Assembly (NCBI GenBank): GCA_951406725.2
Contig: OX597835.1
Coordinates: forward strand, 41,230,001-41,294,000
DNA from: Octopus vulgaris
Taxonomy: Eukaryota
Reading direction: 5' to 3'
DNA: 64,000 nt
This document shows positions 24,576-37,740 of this stretch, one piece after another (within the stretch, counting starts at the first letter, position 1; every line of letters starts with the position of its first letter). Both the position numbers and the translations under genes were made by a program. A model generated the notes under the pieces. That model saw only the letters and a list, made by a program, of their open reading frames with translations. It was not told the DNA's origin and made no database searches.

Positions 24576-24966
24576 TCCAAAAACTCTTGACCCTTGACAA
24601 TAAAAGTAATTCGGTAATTGTCGGGTTCCTTAGGGTGTTCCATATCCTTTTATACTCGTGTTTCACCTGTTTGGTTTTATCATACTCACCTGTATCTACC
24701 TTTCCACTGGTTTTGTAATCCATTCGCCTAATGTCTCCCATTAACATTAAAGTGGCGACCTGGCAGAATCGTTAGAACGCCGGGCAAAAATGCTTAGCAG
24801 CATTTCATCCGTCTTCACATTCTGAGTTCAAATTCCGCCGAGGTCGACTTTGCCTTTCATATTTTGTGGGGTCGATAAATTAAGTACCAGTTACACACTG
24901 GGGTGATGCAATCGACTAGTCCCGTTCTCCCCCCAAATACAGGCCTTGTGCCTATAGTAGAAAGGA

Positions 24967-25015
<49 letters not shown>

Positions 25016-25405
25016 CTGCTGTGTTTTAGTGGATGGTTTTATGGCTTGGATGGTTGTTCAAGGTCACATTTTATCATTTCCACTTGAAAGTTCTCCATTC
25101 ATCCCCAACCCCTTGCAGAAAACAGGGCTCGCTTCTTCAAAAGGGGTTTTTGTCTCTCGCGCAAAAAAGATTTCGTTCTTTTCCCTAACTCCCACATCCC
25201 CCTCGTTTTTCTCCAAAGCCGAAAAGGGCCCACCCACACCATCTTAATACACTGTAACCTTCTTACTACAAGGGTCTCTCCCTTATCAAAACAATGTTTT
25301 TCTCTCTCTACCTCTCCCTTCTCTTTCTCAAAAGTAAAACGAATTCATGTTTGATAAGTTCCATTGAAGTAGACTGAAAAATAAAAGGTGTAATCAGTAG
25401 TAGTT

Positions 25406-25437
<32 letters not shown>

Positions 25438-25620
25438 TGTAAGGAGAAGAAGCAGGGGTGATAGTGGAAAGGGGGTTGGTAGTGAGAAGGTAGTTTTTGT
25501 TTACTATTAGTCATCCTGGTATTGGTATGTGGATGTGTGGGAGGCACGGGGTTTCGAAGTGAAAGACACACCTTTTTTTTTATTTACCGTATATACTTAC
25601 ACTACGGGTATGTATGTGTG

Positions 25621-25627
<7 letters not shown>

Positions 25628-25696
<69 letters not shown>

Positions 25697-25702
25697 ATCT
25701 GT

Positions 25703-25763
<61 letters not shown>

Positions 25764-25769
25764 ATCTGT

Positions 25770-25850
<81 letters not shown>

Positions 25851-25859
25851 AAGATCTGT

Positions 25860-25896
<37 letters not shown>

Positions 25897-25963
25897 ATCT
25901 GTGACTATATATATATATATATATATATATGTGATATATATATATATATATATAAAGATCTGT

Positions 25964-26002
<39 letters not shown>

Positions 26003-26006
26003 CAGT

Positions 26007-26040
<34 letters not shown>

Positions 26041-26046
26041 ATCAGT

Positions 26047-26077
<31 letters not shown>

Positions 26078-26085
26078 AGATCAGT

Positions 26086-26130
<45 letters not shown>

Positions 26131-26136
26131 TATCTA

Positions 26137-26181
<45 letters not shown>

Positions 26182-26188
26182 GATCTGT

Positions 26189-26231
<43 letters not shown>

Positions 26232-26308
26232 GATCTGTGACTATATATATATATATAAATATATATAAAGATCTGTGACTATATATATATATATATATAA
26301 AGATCTGT

Positions 26309-26358
<50 letters not shown>

Positions 26359-26372
26359 ATCAGTGGCTATAC
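25628..26372. repeat. Array of about 13 AAGATCWGTGAC motifs separated by variable-length (TA)n
   Basis: Directly visible; variants aagatctgtgac and aagatcagtgac. Confidence 0.9.
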
Positions 26373-26549
26373 ATATATATACATATATACTTACGTGTAA
26401 GTATATATGATAAATAATATATATTTATAGTTATGTGTGTGTGTGTTGTGTGTGTTAGGGCATGTACGTCTGTGAACCGAAAAAAAGCAAGTGATGTAAT
26501 TGTAACGTAATCCTTGAGTGCTGCAGGTGAGAAAATACCTTTGCACGCG

Positions 26550-26880
26550 CGGTCGTCGTCGTCGTCGTCGCGATCATCACCAACGCCGTCGTCGTCGTCG
26601 TTCACATTGCAACTGGTTGGTTCTCCACCGCCATTAAACTACGACGACAGCGGGTCCACCACTACCACTACTATGGTTACCGCCAGCCGTACTATTACAC
26701 AACTCTCCACCACTTTCGCTACCGCCACCACCACCACCACCGCCACCACCGCCGCCGCCACCACCACCACCACTACCACCGCCGCCACCACTACCGCCGC
26801 CGCCACCACCGCCGCCGCTGCTGTTGCTACTACTACGACTACTACCATAACCACTACTATCCCACACCGCCGCCGCCATG
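26550..26880. repeat. GC-rich trinucleotide microsatellite cluster (TCG, ACC, GCC, ACT)
   Basis: Directly visible. Confidence 0.85.
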
Positions 26881-27049
26881 TTAATGTATTGTAGAGTTGA
26901 TTAGGAAGGAGCATGGAGGAGATGGAGGTGTAGGTTTGTTTAATTCAGGCAGACATACAGACAGACAGATCCAGTGAGTTCACTCTCGAACAATACCCTC
27001 TCTCTACCCGTGGATGGGAAACTGGTCTGAATGAAGTGTAACAACAACG

Positions 27050-28565
27050 ATAATGGTTTCAAATTTTGGCACAAGGTCAGCTATTTCGGGGGAAGGGTGT
27101 AAGACGATTACATCGACTCCCTTTGCTCAACTGGTTCTTATTTTGTCGACCCTGAAAGGATGAAAGGAAAAGCGAACTCAGAACACAGCGACGGGCGAAA
27201 CGTCGCAAAGTATTTCGTCCAGCGCGCTAACGATTGTTTTCTACTCAAGGCACAAGGCCCGAAATTTTGGGGGAGGGGGCCAGTCGATTATATCGACCCC
27301 AGTACGTAACTGGTACTTAATTTATGGATCCCGAAAGGATGAAAGACAAAGTCGACCTCGGCGGAATTTGAACTCAGGACGTAACGGCAGACGAAATACC
27401 TATTTCTTTACTGCCCACAAGAGGCTAAACATAGAGGGGACAAACAAGGACAGACAAATGGATTAAGTCGATTACATCGACCTCAGTGCGTAACTGGTAC
27501 TTCATTTATCGACCTCGAAAGGATGAAAGACAAAGTCGACCTCGGCGGAATTTGAACTCACAAAGTATTTCGTCTGCCGTTACGTTGTGAGTTCACATAC
27601 TGCTAGAGGGGACAAACAAGGACAGACAAATGGATTAAGTCGATGCGCTATGAATTCTGGAGGCCAGGTGGGAGCTTGCTCAAATTGAGCTCGAGTACAG
27701 GTGGGAGGAAAATGAAAAAGGGCTAAGGAACAGTTACCAAGAATGTGACAAGATCTTTAGATGAAGGTAACATTCTCCTTTTCCCTTCAACTAATTACGT
27801 GAAAGCGTTACAATTACGTTCACTCTATCCCACGTCATGGACACTTCTCTCACCCTCTTTTTCACTCCCTCTTTTTCTCTAATCACGTGAAGGCGTTGCC
27901 GACGGGCTAAGTAACGTAATGATAAGCAGAATTATTATAACATAATGGTTTCAAATTTTGGCACAAGACCAGCAAGTTCGAGGAAGGGGGAAAGTCGATT
28001 ACATCGACCCCAGTGTCCAACTGGTACTTAATTTATCGACTCCGGCGGAATTTGAACTCAGAGCGTGGCGACGGGCGAAATGCCTATTTCTTTACTGCCC
28101 ATAAGGGGCTACACACAGAGGGGACAGACAGATTAAGTCGATTATATCGACCCCAGTGCGTATCTGGTACTTATTTAATCGACCCCAAAGGATGAAAGGC
28201 AAAGTCGACCTCGGCGGAATTTGAACTCTGAACGTAACGGCAGACGAAAAACGGCTACGCATTTCGCCCGGCGTGCTAACAGTTCTGCCAGCTCGCTGCC
28301 TTTTTAATAATAATAATAATAATAATCTTTTCTACTATAGGCGCAAGGCCTGAAATTTGTGGGGAAGGGACTGGTCGAATACACCGACTCCAGTGTTTCA
28401 CTGGTACTTAATTTATTGATCCCGAAAGGATGAAAGGCAAAGTCGACCTCGGCGGAATTTGAACTCAGAGCGAAGCGACGGGCGAAATACCCATTTCTTT
28501 ACTACTCATAAGGGGCCGAACACAGAGAGGACAAACAAGGACAGACAAACGAATTAAGTCGATTA
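27050..28565 (-). mobile_element. Cluster of SINE family A copies and tandem units
   Basis: Repeated gaaaggatgaaagrcaaagtcgacctcggcggaatttgaactc and gaaatacc|tatttcttt junctions. Confidence 0.8.
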
Positions 28566-28879
28566 ATAGTAAGAAGAAAAAGAAATGGTTACGAATCTTT
28601 AAAGAATAGAAATTTTTGCTTATTTTAGCCGATCAAAACTACATCTGTAGAGAAGAGTTTCTGTTTTTTTTTAATCGGGTACAGCGGATGAAATGGAAAA
28701 GATTCGAAAATCTGGATCGGTTGGTTGATGTTGAAATAATATATATATTTTTAACATGTTTTACTAACGACTGAGTTTTCTTGAGACAGTAGGCTTTGAC
28801 CTGTTTACCAAATGTGAATATATACACTTTCTGCTGATTCTAAATGGTTCGGAAGTTCCGAACAAGCCTTAGATAAGTG

Positions 28880-29080
28880 AGGCAGTGAGTGGCAAACACA
28901 ATCTTGTATGATAAAAGATGAGACTTTCTCGAGTGGCATCCAAAAGTCGGAAGAGGCCACTCGGAAGACCTTCATTGCGATGGGATGACGACATAGTCCA
29001 ACTGGAAGAGAAGGGTGCAAGAATGAAAAGATCGGAAACACTTCATGTCTAATAATGCAGAGGACATGTGATAGTTCGGT
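28880..29080 (+). mobile_element. Degenerate RTE-clade LINE 3' fragment
   Basis: Pieces LEWHPK, RPLGRPSLRWDDDI. Confidence 0.45.
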
Positions 29081-29089
29081 CGATAACAA

Positions 29090-29600
29090 GAAAATTTGAG
29101 CTCCACCTTGTTGTGACCCGTCATAACACTAATCTTATCAGTTACGAAGTAGGTAAGATATATATTAAGTGAAATAGCTAATTGTTGTTTGAAGAACGAT
29201 TCAACGAAATTGTAAATTTTCTGAGCAGTGTAGCCTTTAATCTCTGAAGGAGTCACATAGTTATCTAACTTTTCTTCCGGTAATCATAATACCTAGATAA
29301 CAGGACATGTTTAAATGTTGTAGACATGTATGTTGTTACATCAAGAGGAAATTTTGTTCCCCTCAACTGAGAAATAAGGCCGTCAGAAATAAGCAGCACC
29401 AACATTATCTAAAAATCTACCAATTTCCTTTGGTTTTTCACTCATTTCATGTCTTTTGCAATTTTATGATCGGAGCCGACATTCCTAACGAAGCCAATGT
29501 TGCTGCAGATAATTTATGTTCTCCAATGAAGGCGCACGTTTTCAGTTCTCGTCCAGCTGCTGGTCGGGGAGAGGAAGAGGGACGGCCATGTAATACAAAT
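29090..29600 (-). pseudogene. Degenerate hAT-like transposase remnant
   Basis: Pieces AFIGEHKL, DHKIAKDMK, TAQKIYNFVESFF..FVTDKISVMTGHNK resemble hAT transposase motifs; stops and frameshifts. Confidence 0.45.
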
Positions 29601-30536
29601 AAGTCACTTATTTAGATGTTTGTTATCCGAAGTTAATGAGAGATTTTTAAATGCTTTTCTGGTTTGCCATGACTTTCTAACTGTATATTTACATACTTTG
29701 TACAGAGATAAATTTTACTTTCTTTTATTTTTACCAATCAATCCAAGAAGAAAATCTTGAATCTTGTAATAACTTTGCTGATAAAATAAGGGGTCCATAC
29801 TGCTAAGCGCTTTATAGGTGTGAAACCAACGGTCACTCTATGACCGGCAATAACTTCCTAAAAATACATCACTTACTCTAATGCTTTAGAGTGCGACACA
29901 TATATATATGTATATATATTTATAGGTTTAAAACATATAATAAATGCACAATCGAACGGAAAACAGACATAGAAGGTCACCAACTTCTCATCAGTTATCG
30001 ACCAGAGTGTCGAACGCAATTTCGCACCTTTAACGATAATATTCATTCCCTTCTGGTGGTGCCGGCACAAGAAGCTGCCGTGAAGTGGGACCAAAGACAT
30101 AACAGGACGAGAAGGAACAAACAATAAATGAATAAACAAAGCACACACACACACACACACAAGCGAAATTATTTACCATGTTTTCTACCCGGATTTAATG
30201 ATTTTAAATATTTCGGGGTATAAAAATAATATTTTAAAATGATTTTAGCTAAATCGCTCAAACGTAGAAAAAGGAAAATTTCTCAAAATCGTAAATTTTT
30301 GGAATGTCGTACAAAAAATATATAAAGAAAAGAAAGTACCACATCTGTTACGAACGAAATCAACATCGTCTCTTTAGCAGTTTCACTTTCCTACATTACC
30401 CTAATTCTCGTGTTAGATGACACCGCATTTAGGGTGGTTTCATGTTGTCGTGTAGAAACCGGGTGACTGCGATGAATTTTTGTGAGTAGCCAGGTTTGGT
30501 TAGCATTTTTCACAGAGCTTCATCATTTATTGAATC

Positions 30537-30949
30537 AGATGTCCTTTTCGGTTTGACCGGCAGTTTTTTTAAATAATTTCCACGTAACTAAACACTTTTA
30601 AACTTCGTATACTGGTAGAATGTGTTTATAAAACATCTTCTTCTCTTGGCTTTATTGTGAAAATTCTATCGTTTGTAAGATATTTGTTGTTGTTTTTTTC
30701 TTCAGTTTCTGCAATTTCAACCAATCACTGACGTCCATTGAGGTGAAAACATTATGTGCCATATGAATGTCCCTCGTTTAAGAAACACATTGGGTTTATT
30801 TACATTTGTGAAGAAAAAACATACCCTTCCCCCCACCCCTAACCCTAAAACAGATTGAAATGCAATAGATCGATTCTAGGGTCATAATTATGGGTGACAA
30901 TTTCATATGACACCGCTAGAAAAAACTGCCGTTCAAACCGAAAAGATCT
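30537..30949. mobile_element. MITE of the GGATCTTTTCGG-TIR family (~410 bp)
   Basis: TIRs cttttcggtttgaccggcagttttt / aaaaactgccgttcaaaccgaaaag. Confidence 0.85.
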
Positions 30950-32879
30950 ATTTCACTGAACCAACTCACTAAAAAAACTCGTGGGTTTCTTTTATCGATT
31001 TTATCGATCTTCGACTGGAATTGATTTTAACAATGAGTAGAATGCTTTGACGGGATGCCTTAGGTCTGTGCGACACGGTTCCTGTCCCAGTAACAAACAG
31101 TATATTGAGATGTCTATAAGAAATGGAGAAGAGAGAGTTTGTTTGGTTAGGGAGGATGGAGGCGAGTGACTGTTGGGTGTGATAAAACAACCCTTTAAAA
31201 TGTTTACAGCTCGACCCGAGCCCCCACCCCCGGCATCTCTCCCTCCGTTTGCGTATGTGTGAGAGAGAGAAAGAGAGATATATCAGTCAGTGTATCTAAA
31301 TTTCTATCTCGGTTTTTCCGAAACTGGATTGTCTGTCGCTGTATGTTTTTTATGTATGTGTTAAAAGGGGCGTATAGACTTTGTCCCGTGTTTTAATGCG
31401 TATAAATATAAATTCTGTGTACATCCGTCAGGTTGGCGACAATATCCTTTGCAAGTGAGACAGTAGTATCGTATATCATTTTTCCTTTGCAGGTTTGGCT
31501 GTCTGTATTTATTGATAAAGAGACGAAGGGAACTGGAAACTAGAATGTCCGCGTGTGTGTGTGTATGTGTGTTAATGTCTGTGTGTGGTCTGTGCTTGCA
31601 TGTTTGCACAATTGGGGGGTGAATGTGTGTGTGAAGTTAAGAGCGGGGCGCGAGTTTGCATGGGACTAGAAATATGAATGCGTAGAAAAATTTAGGTTAA
31701 ATGGCAACTTGAGGATTTCCGTGACTTGTTTTATGCATGTATATTTATAAATGTGTATTTACGTATGTATATGTTGTGATATATGTTCGTATGTATGACA
31801 TAAAGCGTATAGACGTTCGCGGGGGGACCCTGATACACAGATACGTAACTGTGTCTATATACGCTAGTCTTTTAATGTTTAGGAACACCAGGCTATTTTA
31901 TTTTTATTGTTGTTGTTCTGTTGTTTATATCTGGTGCTGCTTCACTTTAATTCGCTAAATGCCAATGAGAAACGAATGCACGTCACAACCTCTCACTTTT
32001 CTTTATAATCTTCAAAATTCACGACTCGTACACGGCGTATAGACTGGCTCTTTTCCTTTTGAACGGCACTTTTCAACACAATTTCTAGTTAACTAAACAC
32101 TTTTAAACTTCGTATACTGGTAGAATGTGTCAAAAAAGATCCTATAGACTCAGATTTATAGACGGGGAGGCGGTAGAAACTTTTTCTTTTTTTTAAATGG
32201 TTTCGTCGATTTATAATGCTCCCGAGACAGCATTATAAATCTGTAAGTATTTATTTATTGATTGCAAACCTCAGCATATATATAGATTAGCACTGGGCCC
32301 CTAGAGCCGTGGGGGCCCCGGGAAACTGTCCAGTGCCTAGTTAAAGGAGAAAAAAGGGCAGCACCCATAACATGTTTTTGCGAGGTTTCCCGAGGTAGGT
32401 GAGACGAAGTTTTCCTTAAACGGGAAACCTTGTTCGACCGTTTCAACCACAGCGGACTTCGCTAAAGGCATTCCAGCGCCTGGTGGTGGTGGTGGTGTGA
32501 AACTGGGTAACAGATTAAGTCTACCCTTCGCCCCAAAACAGGAATGAACCTTCTTTTCATGGCCTCCCATACAGTTTACGTCTACTAAATTTTACTCAAG
32601 CTTTCGTCACCCAGAGGCTGTGCAGTAGAATAGTCTTGCTTAAAGTACCTTGCAATGGAATCGAACCTGAAACTATGTGGTTGCGAAACGAACTTCTTAA
32701 CCTTACAGTCTCTACTGCTTTCCTAAGTTTGTGATATTCGTGCACTTCTCAAGAACAATGATGCCAATAGCGACGGAAACTGAAATCACAACTATCGGAT
32801 TCAGGAACTGAAACAGCAACAAATCCGTGGATATGTTTCACCGAGAACCTTTTGTCTTGACATACCGTATTTCCCGACA

Positions 32880-33290
32880 TCGGGGATATAATTTCCCCCC
32901 TAAAGTAAGCCTCAGAAATTGACCGTATGTCTTCAAGGACGAAGGTTACATTTTTTATTAACCAATTTGAACCCATGAAAGATGGTTGTCTTTACTAAAT
33001 CGTGTCTCTACAGCGTAAAGATAAAAGACGAAAAAAAAATATCGATTAAATTGGTCGACAGGATCTTCATATTGCTAAGCCACTAACAAGACATCTTGGC
33101 AAAGAATGTGGAAATACTGTTATTAGTCAAAATTAGGGTGAGTCTTCGAGGTCAGAAGTTTCCTCGACGCCGGGAAACAGGGTTCTTTTATGCTGCAAGG
33201 TAGAGCTGAGCCTCGCCATCGCCCGTGGTAATGCCGCAAACTTGTTGGCTTGCTTCAGTAGGTTCCGTTGGACCTTGTAGTGCTTGGTGT
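32880..33290 (+). mobile_element. Degenerate CRE-like non-LTR retrotransposon 3' end
   Basis: RRETGF..ELSLAIARGNAANLLAC at ~33165-33253 resembles the C-terminal RLSLAVQRGNA motif. Confidence 0.4.
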
Positions 33291-33447
33291 TAAATTGGTG
33301 TGTTTTTTATCTTTTTCTTTTTACTTCCTTTTTCTTTGTGTGTGTGTGTATATATATATATTAGAAGAAATGAGGTACTCAGAAGTCTGGATGGTTTTAT
33401 ATTTACAGATATTTGTACGTTACATGTTTTTATAAATCATATATCAT

Positions 33448-33488
33448 ATAATAGCGCTTTCGTCCATTCCAGTGGAGTTTTCAAATTG
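33448..33488 (-). ncRNA. Degenerate hammerhead-like motif, U3:A8 variant
   Basis: Minus strand: UUGAAAA c UCCA cuggaa UGGA c GAAA GCGC UA; palindromic stem III; weak stem I. Confidence 0.4.
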
Positions 33489-33489
33489 A

Positions 33490-33543
<54 letters not shown>

Positions 33544-33563
33544 TTTTATTAAAGCTGCAAAAT

Positions 33564-33618
33564 CATCACAAAACTGTTACTCGAGTTTCATGTCCCAGTT
33601 CGTCAGACAGTTGTGATG
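33564..33618 (-). ncRNA. Type I hammerhead motif inside a 39-bp inverted duplication (33544-33582 / 33618-33656)
   Basis: Minus strand: AUCACAACUGU CUGACGA acugggacau GAAA CUCGAG UA ACAGUUUUGUGAU; long stem I, palindromic stem III, weak stem II. Confidence 0.65.
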
Positions 33619-34109
33619 AGTAACAGTTTTGTGATAATTTTGCAGCTTTAATAAAAACATATTACTCTACCTTTGGTATTTGAGTACTATCTTTACCCCC
33701 TTGTTTTGCACTTATGTGCTCACCCGTGTGTATGTGTGCGTGCGTAAAAAATTCCCAAATAGTTTCATTCCTCTACGATCCCGGATAGATTCCCGTTAGA
33801 GCAGGGTGTATAAAATAAATACAACTCGTGTTGTGAAGTCGGTCCCATTTTTTTTCTTTCGACATTTTGAGGCCGTTTGATCCAAATTAACTTTATTTCC
33901 CGAATCTAGGATCACATCCAATACATCCTACATCGTCTCGAAAAGATATGATTGAGAGAGATTTGGCTGCTATTTTTAGCAGGTCAAGTGATCATATGAA
34001 ACGACTGTTGTCGCTTAGCCTTGAGTTAATCTGATCGAATAGACTTTACGATCAAAGACATTCCAGTCGTGACTATCCACTCTTTATTTTTCACACATCC
34101 AATTCTTTA

Positions 34110-34468
34110 ACTGGTTTCAGTCATTTGACTGCGGCCACGCTGGAGCACTGCCTTTTAGTCGAAGCAATCGACCTCAGGACTTATTCTTTGTAAGCCTGAT
34201 ATTTATTCTATTGGTCTCTTTTGCCGAACCGCTAAGTTACAGGGACGTAAACACACTAACATCGGTTGTCAAGTAATGGTGGGGGAACAAACATTCACAA
34301 AGACACACACACATATATATATATGACGAGCTTCTTTCAGTTTCCGTCCATCGAATCCACTCGTAAAACTTTGGTCGGCCTAAGTAGAAGACACCTGCTC
34401 AAGATGCCACGCAGTGGGACTGAACTCAGAACCACGTTGCTAGGAAGCAAGCTTCTTACCACACAGCG
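34110..34468 (-). mobile_element. SINE family B
   Basis: Consensus match; its flank is shared with the copy at 51098-51520. Confidence 0.8.
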
Positions 34469-36118
34469 TATGTTTATATATATTTTTAAAGACGTGTTAT
34501 TTTATAAAGGAGATGTAACTGCTATTTCTAGAAGGTCAAGCAGCCTGGTAGAAGCTTCTTGACTTCGTTAGTTTGTGTGAAACAATTGTTTATTGTGACG
34601 GCAGCGAATTCTAGGGGGATCAAATTTACGGCTAGCTTTCGATCCCTACTCCTATATAAACCCTTTTTTTGCTTCTTACCATTTTCTTTCTCACTGTTGT
34701 TGTTTCGAAATGGAATGTACAACCATCGCGATTTCCCGCCCTTCTCGTCTAGAATTAAACAGAAATAGAAAATTTCGGGCTCCCATGCTCCCCCCCCCCT
34801 TTTTTTTATCTATATATTTATATACATATGCGAAAACGTCATTCTCTCCTCTTGTAATGTCAGTCATGTGTTACCATTGCGTTGTAGCAAGAATTTGATA
34901 CGCAAGCCACGGAGTACGTCTAGCTTGTTTCCTTTATTCCATTCCTTAATCTTGTTCTTTCGACTGACTGACAGACAGACAGCCGACGACCTCAGTGGAT
35001 GATGAGACTGGAAAATAGGGGGAGGAGACGACACCGAGGTAGTCTTCAGAAGAACAAGAACAACTTATAGCTCGACTAGTGGTTGTCGTGGTGGTGGTGG
35101 TGGTGGTAGTTGTCGAAACCCCATTCCCATCTATCTCAGTTTTTTTCCTGGGCTCTTGGACTCCCTACATTTCATTCTCACCAAAGTCAGTGTTTTCTAA
35201 AACGTGTTATCTTTCTTACTCAACCATTTATTATTATTATTATTAGTAGTATTAAGTATTATTATTTCCCCTCTTTTTTTATAGTAGGGGGTGGGTTAGG
35301 GTTAGGGTTAGAATTGTGTATCTTTACCACCCAACACTCCCGCGTTCAGTAGTTTAGAAATAGTGGTGATGGTGGTGGTAAGGTGACACTGATTCTGTGT
35401 CGTCACAGTGGTAGTGTGTGGATAGGAAAGAATCTGAAGTCATCCTTGGTAGGGATGTTCTTGGAATCGAGATTCCACAGCGAAAATAACTGCGGTTATT
35501 TGTGTGTTTATGCATGTGTAATTGTGTATATGTGGCGTGTGGAGTTGAGAAACAAGTTGTTATCACATTCACTGGTTAGATTCAAACACACACAAACACC
35601 CTGGCACGTGTGTGTGTGCGTGTACCCCACCCCCCCGCGCACGTAGTGGAATTTATTAATTTATCACGTTCCTTCTGGAATGTGATAGTGACTGGAAGAA
35701 CAAGGAATAGCAAAGGGGGGACACACAGTTCTAAATTTATGGGGTTACTCTATACCCTGGTGGACCAACGCTGTTCTGTATTACCCCTCCCTCGGATATT
35801 TTTCTTAAATTTGATTAAAACGACATCCATGACCAGTGATAGAAATGGATTTTAGGAACCAGGGGTACACTAATGTTTATGAGGTTGACGATAGGAGGGG
35901 TGGGGAAGTTAGTCTATAACTCCCCTCCTTAACTGAGAAGAAGGGGAACACCGACCCCTTTCTGTATGCCCTGCCCATTTCCCATTTCCATCACTGTCTC
36001 TGTCACATACCATTAAAACATAAAATGATGTGAATTTTCCTCTCCCTGTTTTGTGGGTACCTCCGTTGTTCATTCTGTTTCCTTACTGGAATCTTTGGAT
36101 TTGTATCAGAATATTTGG

Positions 36119-36536
36119 GATCTTTTCGGTTTGAACAGCAGTTTTTAACATAATTTCTAGGTAACTAAACACTTTTAAACTTCATATACTGGTAGAATGT
36201 GTTTATAAAACATCTTTTTCTCTTGGCTTTATTCAGAAAATTCTATAGTTTGTAAGATATTTGTTGTTTTTTTTCTTCAATTTCGGTAATTTCAACCAAT
36301 CAATGACGTCCATTGATGTAAAAAACATTCTATGCCGTATGAATACGTCCCTCGTTTAAGAAACAGATTGGGTTTATTTACATTTGTGCAGAAAAAAAAC
36401 ATACCCTTCCCCCCCACCCCTAGCCCTAGCCCTAAAACAGATTGAAATGCAATAGATCGATACTAGGGTCATAATTATGGGTGACAATTTCATATGACAC
36501 CGCTAGAAAAAACTGCCGTTCAAACCGAAAAGATCC
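36119..36536. mobile_element. MITE of the GGATCTTTTCGG-TIR family
   Basis: ggatcttttcggtttgaac ... gttcaaaccgaaaagatcc. Confidence 0.9.
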
Positions 36537-37354
36537 GTGTGTGTTTATGTGTGTGTACATGTATAAATACATGTATATGTATGTATACATGTGTGTGTAT
36601 TCTGTGTGTATTTCTTTGAAAACTACATTACATATTACTGTTTGTTTACCACATGACCAAATCTTCAATTCATTGTTTCTGGCTACAAAATTATTTCAAA
36701 TTATAAAATGTCTCTATTAAATCTATAAAGCTGGAGTGGACTTTTATGGAGATAACTCTTTATGCCAAAAAATTAATGTTCAAAGCAACCATAAAACTAT
36801 TCTTTAAACAATAAACACATCTAAACCTAGAATTAATTAATCATTTAAACCTCATTCCCTTTGTTTCTACAAACAAGTTTCTTTCCCAGCCACAGAATTA
36901 ATAACTTGCAACAGCTATTGTTGTTTAGCCCTGGGCTATCTCTCATCCAACAGACCTATTAATCAAAGGTGTTCCATGACTACATTTTCCAGTGTAACCT
37001 TCCTTCGTCTAAGACAGTAAAGTATTGTTTGAGAGAGATTTAGTTGCTATTTCTTGCATGTTGAATAATCACATGGAAACCCCCTTATTCATTTGGTAAA
37101 CTATATCAGGAGTTTCAAACTCATTGGCTTTGCAGGTCAGATTGAAGCATAAACTAGGTCTCGTGGGGCTGGGTAGGACAATTAATCCCTTAAAAACCTG
37201 CATAATGTAGGCCAGACTAAATGGATAAAAGGATCGATATACGTTATTACAATTTTATTAACAATTAAGAAGGGAAGAATATAAGATGATAGCAAAATTT
37301 ATGCGCAGAGATTGTGAGAAAAAACTCATCTACATGTTATCTCTCTCTCTCTCT

Positions 37355-37740
37355 CTTTTTACTTGTTTCAGTCATTTGATTGCGGCCATGCTGGAGCACT
37401 GCCTTTAATCGAGCAACTCGACCCTGGGACTTATTCTTTGTTAGCCCAGTAGTTATTCAACGGTCTCTTTTGCCGAACCGCTAAGTGACGGGGACATAAA
37501 CACACCAGCATCGGTTGTCAAGCAATGCTAGGGGGACAAACACAGACACACAAACATACACGCATATACATATATACGATGGGCTTCTTTCAGTTTCCGT
37601 CTACCAAATCCACTCACAAGGCATTGGTTGGCCTGAGGCTATTGTAGAAGACACTTGCCCAAGGTCCCACACAGTGGGAATGAACCCGGAACCATATGGT
37701 TGGTAAGCAAGCTACTTACCACACAGCCACTCCTGCGCCT
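37355..37740 (-). mobile_element. SINE family B
   Basis: Consensus match. Confidence 0.85.

Noticed and set aside
25628-26372. CRISPR-like repeat-spacer appearance
   Set aside because: The repeat is only 12 bp, the spacers are pure (TA)n, there are no cas genes, and the context is eukaryotic
26514-26894. Thr/Ser-rich mucin-like or Gly-rich ORFs
   Set aside because: Trinucleotide microsatellites open in several frames, with no supporting gene structure
29970-30030. Minus-strand GAAA..CUGAUGA arrangement (possible type II hammerhead)
   Set aside because: Stems II and III cannot be paired in the required register
35293-35311. Telomeric (TTAGGG)n
   Set aside because: Only about 3 interstitial units, not a chromosome end
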